The notes below the pieces were generated by a model, which had not been told where the DNA came from, did no database searches, and worked only from the letters and a program-made list of their open reading frames with translations. Position numbers and translations under genes: made by a program. Positions 55,701 through 61,939 of a stretch of 64,000 nt of DNA are shown here, piece by piece. This DNA comes from Auanema rhodensis (Eukaryota; Animalia; Nematoda): assembly GCA_964057225.1 (NCBI GenBank), contig OZ059895.1, positions 3,906,001 through 3,970,000 on the forward strand, in the 5' to 3' direction. The stretch's first letter is position 1. Each line of letters starts with the position of its first letter.

Positions 55701-58700
55701 GTGGTCATTTTTATTAATTTTAATTGGCTTTGAAGAATTGTTTGATACTACCATAGTAATAGGAAAAGGTCCTATGGCGGCATCTGGAATTGATATAGGA
55801 CCTGTGCTAGATTTTAAAAGAGCATATTGATCAAAATCTAATTCTGGTCCTGTTTGCAAAGATATGTGGGATGTACTATGTGGTGGAACTGTTACTGTGG
55901 ACAAACTTATGATATTTACTGTTTTAGTTGTGGTTTTATATGCAAAACAACCAGGTTTTACTAAGGGTGTTTCCATATTACCAACAATCAACTTTCCTTT
56001 ACATAGTTTTAATGTAGTAAATATCTCTCTTTCTTCCAACGTACGCATAAAATCAGTACCAAGTAACATTTGTCCTGGACAGTCATTGTCTTCAGATATT
56101 AAAAATTCGTGTTCCACTTGGTAACCTGCTATACCCACATCTAACTTGCATTTTCCCACAAAGCGAAACTCTGATCCATTTGCAGTGGATGCAGATTTAG
56201 AATATTTTGTATAATATTGTCTTCCAATATATGCCAATGTGGAGAACGGAATATATGAGACAGTAGCTCCAGAATCCCATAATGCTAACAGTCCTCTACC
56301 TTCAATGTCAATATGAACAAACGGTAACAAGTGTCCATTTTTCTTTGTTGTTGTGTGACATACAAAAGGTATGGCTAAAGGAATGTAAGTTATTATGGTG
56401 GGAAAATAGCTCCGCATCAATTCATCACTAACTGTTTCATGAATCTCATCTCCCTCAAGTGGTGGAGCTGTTGGGCTCAACATGATATGGTTTATTTTTA
56501 ACATAGAAGTAGGGGAGAGATAACATTTTATAGTGAAATATAATGCTATCATTAGACATAATATCAGAGTTATACAACCGATGGTAATGAGTGTTCGTTC
56601 AATTGAACCTATACAAAAGTCAATGAACAGATCCCAATTGGAGAAAACAATTTTCCTGGCATCTCTTATAAGTTTACTTCCTTTGAAGATGAAAGAGGAA
56701 ATTTGAGGCCAATCACGTGAACGAGAAATTACGCGGAGAAGATCATGGTGAGGTGAAGTAGATAAACTATAACCATAAGTTAATCCAATAGATAGGGCTA
56801 AGGATTTTTCAGTCGAATTTTCAAACAAATTCCGCCCTGTGAATCGAAGTTTACTCAATTCAGCATAATGATCATGTTTTTCTGAATGAATACTATCTAC
56901 TTTATGTGTGTCACCTTTATAATCTCTCCATGTTCCATTTTCATACCAAATCTCTGTCTCTTTGTGTTCACAATTGATCTCATGTCCTTCAGTGCTCAAA
57001 TCGTAGCTATCGATAGGAGCAAAGAATAATTGTTTATCGTGTGTTAAAACAGGGGTCTCTGCATAACATTTATCATTGTAAGAATGATTACGATAAATGA
57101 AATGTGGTTCTATTTCCTGACAAGTTGTTATTTTTAAAACATTTCTTCCAACAAATCGGGCAACGATATCATCCCGCTGAAGCATAGCTCTTACTCCTAT
57201 TGTAGGATGTATACGTAATATAGCTTGCCAGCTTTTTACAGTTTCCATTTGAGATTTACAGATGGTATGAAACTGTTGATGAAATTCGTCAATTATGGAG
57301 AGACGCGCTTTCTCAAACCCATAATTCAACTTATTATCTATTATCGTTTTAGTTTTATGCTCTGATTTGTGGAGAACATTGTCATATACTTCTGCTACAT
57401 ACAACTCTCGACCTCTCTCGTACGCATTAGAGGTAGGAGTTGTTAAACTACGAATTGTAGTTTTGGTGGAAGTTATTGGGGTTACAGTAGTATGCTGTAC
57501 CATATTTTTATCAGTTGTGATTTGAGTTTTAACCCAACTTATGAATTCTAAAACTTCTGTTTTATTGAATTTAGGATTTTCCTGTGGGTATTCGATGGAC
57601 TGTGGAGGAAATCCATAATATGCTGTACTATTCTTTGTATAAAGGTTGTGATAGTCAGGCAGCTTGGATATAATTGCTAAATCTTGCTCTTGGTTATTTC
57701 TAACAGTAGCATCAGCTTTTTGTTGTCGACTGACTTGCATGTCACGAGATATTTGTTCTTTTCCCGATTGTTGTTGGATCATGAATAACATGCCTTGAGC
57801 AGTTGCAATAATTTCAGATTGATTCATATTTCCACTGCGTGGTAATATAGATGGATATAAGGCTCTTGCCAACTGTTCAATTGATGGAACTGTTTGTGTA
57901 CCATCAAGAATTGTGGCTTGATATACTACTGCGTGAGCCATTCCTCGAAAGAAATCTTCTATGGATGTTGTAGATTTCATCAAAGATCTTTTTAACCGAG
58001 GAACTTCTATACGACGAGCTACTTGAGTGATAAGATCATCCAATTTCATGCTATTAATCATCTGTCTAGTAGCCAGTTTAATTTCCTCTATACCCATACA
58101 TTGTAAAATCAAAAGATTGGGATCTTTGAAATTATTAGACTTTGCCCAGTTAGTTATATGATCTTTTGTCAATCCTAAACTAACAATTGTGTCAATGAAC
58201 AGTGGATTATCTATCGCGAATTTTAGCAAACTCTCATAAGATGATGTAGCTGCATATCTCATATATTTTGCGTAAAACTTAGTGATAGATGCAGATCCAA
58301 AAATGAAAGTAGGTCTTAGAAATGGAAACGCATATGGTTGGGATTTCGCATTAACAAAAAGATAATCATCACTGAAAGAGCGATGTTTTTGAGGTAATGC
58401 ATTACGTTTATTTCTGCGTCTATCAGCATTAAGCAAAGTATTGGAAAGATCAAGCAAATTATAAACACGGGGATATGCTGTGAATCGGATAATTGCCTCA
58501 GAAGATGATTCAAAAACAGCGAATTCGAAACAAGATTGAACGTGAGCGGATGTGGAATGATTTTGGAGAACAAAAGCGCTTTCAATAGAGTGAACTAGAA
58601 GAATATGATCACCCAACATGGCGGAGAAGGGGCCAAGTTTTTGATAGTGACAGACAACTGATGGGATAGGTGGTTGCCAGATAACTGCACCTTCACCAGT

Positions 58701-60401
58701 TGCACAAAACCCTTCATTTCCTTTACAATTATCAGTATTTATAAATAAGTCTGATACAATGTGATCTTCTTTCAATCTAGTTATTATCCCTCGCTTCAAT
58801 ACAAATTGTTCAATTTCTACACATTCTTCAGTGGTCCAAGAGCGAGTTGGATTATGCTCGTTTAATGGTGTTTCAAAAACTGAATGCTGTTGGGCATTCA
58901 TGATTTTATCATTCCACATACGATTTCTATGTGCTCGAACACAATCTTTCTTATCTACTGTTTCAATATGAGAGAATGTGGTGTTACGATCTCTCAAAAA
59001 CATGAAATCTCTCACACAGCTTTTATACTTTTTCACATAGCATTTCCATGCTTCCCATGACTCTATCTCAGCCTTTGGTAGATATATTTCTACCTCAACA
59101 CTGTGAGCCTTTTCAATTTCTGCCTTATGGCAGCCTGTGACCACAGGAGGTGTTACTAATATACCCCCTTCAGATTGAGCGCAAATCTGATATTTTGCCG
59201 ACCCAAAGGGAAGGCATGAGAGTGCCAATAAAGTCAGGCACAACGTGACCGGTGGCATGAATGGGGTCGCTACGCTGTATACCCTTGAGTTACCATTCCC
59301 ATTGGCTGATGGTCTTTGTCTTCTTGGGGAACTAGGCCTAGGGTTCCAAGACGAGCTATTGGCATTTCTGCCATTGGCAAATGGGCGGTTTCCCGGGTTA
59401 GGACGCCTATTCATATTCCCGTTCTGCGAGTTATTATTCTTATAACGTACGGCAGAAGGTCGCTCTCTCTCTCGCTCATAATCATTAGAGCCATTATTGT
59501 GCTGAGTCCAGTTATTATTTTTTTTATTATTTTTATTATTTTTATAATTTTTATTATTATTATTCCTACTTCTTTCTCTTTCTTCACTAAAGCTTAATTT
59601 ATGTTGTAAAGCATTTATGAGCTCCTTCAAGGTGCTGGTGTCTTCATTTCTTTTCATGAAGCTATTCCGAACGCCTTCTTCAAACCTAGCTAATTTCTTA
59701 GCTTGTTCATAAGTGGCGGGGTTTTTAGTTAAAACCGCAATACCCAGTTCCTCTTTTAAACCATTTAAAAATGCCGTTTTCAACATTGGTTCCCGCTCGG
59801 GATCCATTGGTGACATTATGGTGCTTGCCATTCTCTCTAATTCCATACTAAAATCAAGAACAGATTTATCTCCTTGTTGTACTCGATGAATAAGCGCTAT
59901 GGTGAAATTTTTATCTGTTTTAGGCGCTAAAAGCTCAGTGAGCTGATCCATCAAAACAATCCATGGGCCATTAGTTCTTATGCCACTAGGAATACTATTA
60001 TACAAGGAGAGAGCTGTTTCATTTGATTTCAAAAGAAGAGGCAAAATTAATAGTCTCTCAGGTAAGCTTAGATTCATAACATTAAAAAATCTATTTAAAG
60101 ATTCAACAAAAGAACGAAAGCTACGAGAGCCGTCATACCTGGGACAGAGATGGCAATTCAAAATAGTTGCCATATTTCTAGAGGGTGGAGCAACATTAGA
60201 ATTAGGAGATGGAGAGGTAGGAGTCATTTTTCTTTCAAAAGCTTTAGTTATAGCAGCGGCCCACCGACTTGGTGATCTATTTCGTACTGTAGTAGGTGCC
60301 CGAGGTGTTTCCTCAGTGATGGCCTTTCTGCTTTTACTTCTCGTTCTAATTGTTAGAGAAGAAGAGTGAGAAGAAGAAGAGGAATCACCTTCTTCTCTCA
60401 A
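52797..60401 (-). CDS. Single Gag-Env-Pol polyprotein (2534 codons from TTG; first ATG at 60227, second at 60173; frame is open back to 60548)
   Basis: One stop-free frame carrying capsid-like Gag, a signal peptide, a Cys-rich glycoprotein, a TM segment, DSG protease, YLDD RT, RNase H and HHCC/DD35E integrase. The true start codon is uncertain. Confidence 0.95.
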   Translation of the reverse strand: MREEGDSSSSSHSSSLTIRTRSKSRKAITEETPRAPTTVRNRSPSRWAAAITKAFERKMTPTSPSPNSNVAPPSRNMATILNCHLCPRYDGSRSFRSFVESLNRFFNVMNLSLPERLLILPLLLKSNETALSLYNSIPSGIRTNGPWIVLMDQLTELLAPKTDKNFTIALIHRVQQGDKSVLDFSMELERMASTIMSPMDPEREPMLKTAFLNGLKEELGIAVLTKNPATYEQAKKLARFEEGVRNSFMKRNEDTSTLKELINALQHKLSFSEERERSRNNNNKNYKNNKNNKKNNNWTQHNNGSNDYERERERPSAVRYKNNNSQNGNMNRRPNPGNRPFANGRNANSSSWNPRPSSPRRQRPSANGNGNSRVYSVATPFMPPVTLCLTLLALSCLPFGSAKYQICAQSEGGILVTPPVVTGCHKAEIEKAHSVEVEIYLPKAEIESWEAWKCYVKKYKSCVRDFMFLRDRNTTFSHIETVDKKDCVRAHRNRMWNDKIMNAQQHSVFETPLNEHNPTRSWTTEECVEIEQFVLKRGIITRLKEDHIVSDLFINTDNCKGNEGFCATGEGAVIWQPPIPSVVCHYQKLGPFSAMLGDHILLVHSIESAFVLQNHSTSAHVQSCFEFAVFESSSEAIIRFTAYPRVYNLLDLSNTLLNADRRRNKRNALPQKHRSFSDDYLFVNAKSQPYAFPFLRPTFIFGSASITKFYAKYMRYAATSSYESLLKFAIDNPLFIDTIVSLGLTKDHITNWAKSNNFKDPNLLILQCMGIEEIKLATRQMINSMKLDDLITQVARRIEVPRLKRSLMKSTTSIEDFFRGMAHAVVYQATILDGTQTVPSIEQLARALYPSILPRSGNMNQSEIIATAQGMLFMIQQQSGKEQISRDMQVSRQQKADATVRNNQEQDLAIISKLPDYHNLYTKNSTAYYGFPPQSIEYPQENPKFNKTEVLEFISWVKTQITTDKNMVQHTTVTPITSTKTTIRSLTTPTSNAYERGRELYVAEVYDNVLHKSEHKTKTIIDNKLNYGFEKARLSIIDEFHQQFHTICKSQMETVKSWQAILRIHPTIGVRAMLQRDDIVARFVGRNVLKITTCQEIEPHFIYRNHSYNDKCYAETPVLTHDKQLFFAPIDSYDLSTEGHEINCEHKETEIWYENGTWRDYKGDTHKVDSIHSEKHDHYAELSKLRFTGRNLFENSTEKSLALSIGLTYGYSLSTSPHHDLLRVISRSRDWPQISSFIFKGSKLIRDARKIVFSNWDLFIDFCIGSIERTLITIGCITLILCLMIALYFTIKCYLSPTSMLKINHIMLSPTAPPLEGDEIHETVSDELMRSYFPTIITYIPLAIPFVCHTTTKKNGHLLPFVHIDIEGRGLLALWDSGATVSYIPFSTLAYIGRQYYTKYSKSASTANGSEFRFVGKCKLDVGIAGYQVEHEFLISEDNDCPGQMLLGTDFMRTLEEREIFTTLKLCKGKLIVGNMETPLVKPGCFAYKTTTKTVNIISLSTVTVPPHSTSHISLQTGPELDFDQYALLKSSTGPISIPDAAIGPFPITMVVSNNSSKPIKINKNDHIGSGLIASKEIMNDYVPPEADWEDKLPTFPQHLLDDLNFNSCTLSHKMKKNLITIIKENQTAFFNHDHNIGLFCGPVEHAIPIRSDMDFPKSRSYRVPLGKQEEVERQVKEMLSQGIIENSTATFTSPVVLVKKKYNSFRFVTDFRALNSVTKKQTYSIPHIPDIIDLAAGAQFFSNFDLISGFFQIPLKRSDRYLTAFTTPSGTYQYCRMPMGLCGAPHTFQSAVRYLQSLVRCKLFVYLDDLLIISNSAEEHLRDIQEVLKKVTELGLKIKLSKCCFAATEVKFLGFIIGRNGVKPDPAKMQAVSEFPNPSTVTAVRSFLGMTNYFRRFIQNYAGIAEPLYKLTHKDTPFEWKSEHADAFETLKTLLCTAPVLKPPKADQPFVIESDGSMFAVGAVLLQSAEKNSPLHPIAFASRKLTPAERKYPPIEVEALGLVFALQQFRTYVLGVPTTVITDHRPLTSLMSRKDLIGRLAKYQLMIQDFNIKIEYRPGKLNSVCDALSRYIGNEANDSRPTKPKDKVKPVDAFIAHITTISSIDQLNCEEIRKVQAGVPWIREALSQINNDNCPANISDRYEEREGILHAKQAKNYLKPSIILPRNDKITDVVIKFFHEDSKIGAHLGINKTTDAIRRRFFWTNMVPQITEFINRCTKCASRKSNPHQSYIQPMGRFVVPEKPFDRIHVDILGPLPRTNDGHRYILSIQDAFSKWGTTCPLITQTATEITKAFVIRFVFIYGPPMSMITDNGSSFLSSEFQAMCKQFGIEHTTTLPYHKNANGQVERLHRTLEEALSSFVNEQQTNWDIHLPKVMFAINTLPNSSTSISPYVVLFGRDARLPIDHQLPGNNLQTEEPANPTEDFVNRSLIQNESTSNIVKDRIETCTKKNEQRYNTRNRTQNKEIQVNDLVMIKVNSTRNKLTPSFEGPYLVTAVQRSFVVVQTDKGKSRRVHKDFVKPYQRTTSIPVITIS
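52830..53900 (-). other. Integrase domain (HHCC + DD35E + GPY/F C-terminus)
   Basis: FHEDSKIGAH...CTKC zinc finger; D at 53646-53648 (HVDILGP), D at 53466-53468 (TDNG), E at 53358-53360 (VERL), 35 residues between the second D and E; FEGPYLV. No chromodomain seen. Boundaries approximate. Confidence 0.93.
54190..54560 (-). other. RNase H domain (Ty3/Gypsy type)
   Basis: IESDGSMFAVGAVLLQ...PIAFASRKL...EVEALGLV...TDHRPL...DALSR. Boundaries approximate. Confidence 0.93.
54570..55470 (-). other. Reverse transcriptase domain
   Basis: SPVVLVKKK..FRFVTDFRALN, FDLISGFFQI, TAFTTP, MPMGLCGAPHTFQ, YLDD at 54972-54983, FLGFII, VRSFLGMTNYFRRFI. Confidence 0.96.
55690..55905 (-). other. PR-RT spacer resembling a degenerate dUTPase-like beta fold
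   Basis: TVTVPPHS...VSNNSSKPIKINKNDHIG pattern resembles dUTPase-related spacers of metazoan Gypsy elements. Catalytic motifs not recognisable. Confidence 0.35.
55960..56335 (-). other. Retropepsin aspartic protease
   Basis: LALWDSGATVSYI (D at 56274-56276), flap TANGS, and MLLGTDFM. Confidence 0.93.
56496..59258 (-). other. Embedded envelope glycoprotein, class III fusogen-like (gB / rhabdovirus G / chuvirus G-like), aa ~382-1302
   Basis: Signal peptide MPPVTLCLTLLALSCLPFGSA (59196-59258); Cys-rich ectodomain with about 8 N-x-S/T sequons; furin-type sites RRRNKR (58404-58421) and RLKR (57987-57998); gB-like KLNYGF...ICKSQ...W...HP...ARFVG...ITTC...CYAETPV; TM at 56529-56594. Confidence 0.85.
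59283..60227 (-). other. Gag: capsid-like domain followed by an Asn/Arg-rich basic tail, no CCHC knuckle
   Basis: PRYDG N-terminal motif; MHR-like QQGDKSVLDF...FLNGL...PATYEQAKKLARFEE; then N/R/P-rich low-complexity sequence. Confidence 0.8.
59510..59565 (-). repeat. Coding AAT/AAA microsatellite-like tract (NNNNKNYKNNKNNKKNNN)
   Basis: Plus strand TTATTATTTTTTTTATTATTTTTATTATTTTTATAATTTTTATTATTATTATT, in frame within the Gag tail. Confidence 0.8.
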
Positions 60402-61541
60402 AAATTCAAAAGGAGAGAGGTAGGTGGATGGAGTATTTAAGTTTTTAGAATTAAATTCAAAAACTTGGCGTACCTCTGGTGATCCTTGTTCCTGATCTTT
60501 GTTTTCCTCGCTGATGTCCGAGTCCGACAGGGTGGCTGGTGAATACAGTTAGATGAATATAAGAGCGCGTACTGGAAGCAACTAGACTCCAGTAAAAACG
60601 TTTGTGACAATGGCGTCTGATGAAGGAGGATCGTTGAAGCTTCAAGCTCCGCCTCCAGCCATGTGTCACGACACCAGATGTTAGCGCTTATGGTAAACAA
60701 CCATTGACCGTCTGTCGTGATATTTGAATATTATAATCACTTATGTCAGCTTAGAGACAAATAAGGAATCACAGATGGTGCCTTAAGCCTGTTTGAAAAC
60801 TTTTGAATTTTAACAGCTGTTATTGACTACACATGTCGAACAGCTGGTACGCGTGGGCCAACTATTTGAATGTGAGTAAGCTTAAAGTAAACAAAAATGT
60901 CTCATCTCGTATATTAAGTTCAATTTTATAAAGTTTATTAAGATTTGTAGAAAGAATTTCAAAATAAATCTTAATTAAGATTATTTTTAATTTAATTTCA
61001 AAAGATTTAGAAGGTAATTTAAGATTGATATAGGAATTTAAATTCAGTAATCTGTCAATAATATAGGAAAAAGGAAACGTTGGCAGACGTAGAGTGGACT
61101 TGGGTGGGTAGGAATTTAAATATTCTTATTATCTCTGAACTAATAAGAAAAGAGTTAACAGGAGTAGAACCCTGATGAACCCTTGGATGTGAATCAAAAT
61201 CAAAAAATCGTAAATAAAATTATCCCAACAGCCTCCAGCTTCCAAACAACTCAGCTAAAAAGTGAGCTCTGTTGCCACACTGGACATTCACATCATAAAG
61301 TAATGAATCAAAATAGCACGCGCGTGCATAACAAAAAGGTAACGCTCGTCAAAACTATTGTCTGATAGTTTCCCCAAACGTCTCAGACACCTCCCAGTTT
61401 TCGTTGAGCGGAGGAGAAGTGGTAGCCAAAATAATTTTTGGGGAAATCATGGTGCACGGCTCGGTTACTCCTCACTGTTGGGTAATTAAGTCCAAAAGTC
61501 TCGTAAACTTGCTGTCAATAAATTAACAGTAAAGTAAGCAA

Positions 61542-61554
61542 GGTGGAACCTCCA
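61542..61554 (-). promoter_or_regulatory. Primer-binding site complementary to the tRNA-Gln 3' end
   Basis: Minus strand TGGAGGTTCCACC directly abuts the 5' LTR. The plus strand GGTGGAACCTCCA equals the 3' 13 nt (including CCA) of eukaryotic tRNA-Gln as I recall it. Confidence 0.88.
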
Positions 61555-61935
61555 CGTTACATATTGTTTCTTCCCGTCTTTTCATGGTCGGAAGATATAT
61601 GTACTTCTACCTTGTTCCTTAGGTAGGCAGACCCGAACGCCCCGATTTCCTTATTAAGACAAATACTTAAAGAGAAAAGGATTCATTATCAGATAACAAG
61701 AAAATACAATATATGAATTACATTAAGAAAGAATATAAAGAGATATAACAAAGTATTAAATAGAGTATATATATAGATGATATAGAGATGAGACTCACAT
61801 GGCTATAAGACAACCTATCTGGGTTAGGCCAGAAGCAAGAGTGCCATGTGTGTCCCATGTTGTGGGCGGGGCTTGTTCAGGCTCCCGCTATTTGAATAGC
61901 GCGCACATGTTTACCATGTGCTTGCAGATGTGACA
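61555..61935 (-). repeat. 5' LTR (381 bp)
   Basis: Matches 51812-52192. In element orientation it is followed by the PBS. Confidence 0.96.
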
Positions 61936-61939
61936 AGAT
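61936..61939 (+). repeat. Target-site duplication AGAT (right copy)
   Basis: TGTGACA|AGAT TCCTTTC... resumes the satellite B monomer in register. Confidence 0.92.

Larger units (their letters stand above)
51812..61935 (-). mobile_element. Full-length Ty3/Gypsy-type (Metaviridae-like) LTR retroelement, 10,124 bp, envelope-bearing
   Basis: Two 381-bp direct LTRs, AGAT TSD, PBS, PPT and an uninterrupted ORF with PR-RT-RH-IN order (IN after RH, as in Gypsy/BEL/retroviruses). The RT, RNase H and GPY/F motifs are Gypsy-like. Confidence 0.97.

Noticed and set aside
58020-58200. Death-domain-like look of LGLTKDHITNW...LLILQ...LDDLITQV in the Env insert
   Set aside because: Only a vague helical pattern; the diagnostic Trp spacing is missing and the segment is predicted to be lumenal. 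Left as unassigned.
53108-60369. Short antisense and alternate-frame ORFs overlapping the polyprotein
   Set aside because: Shadows of a long coding frame, with no motifs or independent signals.
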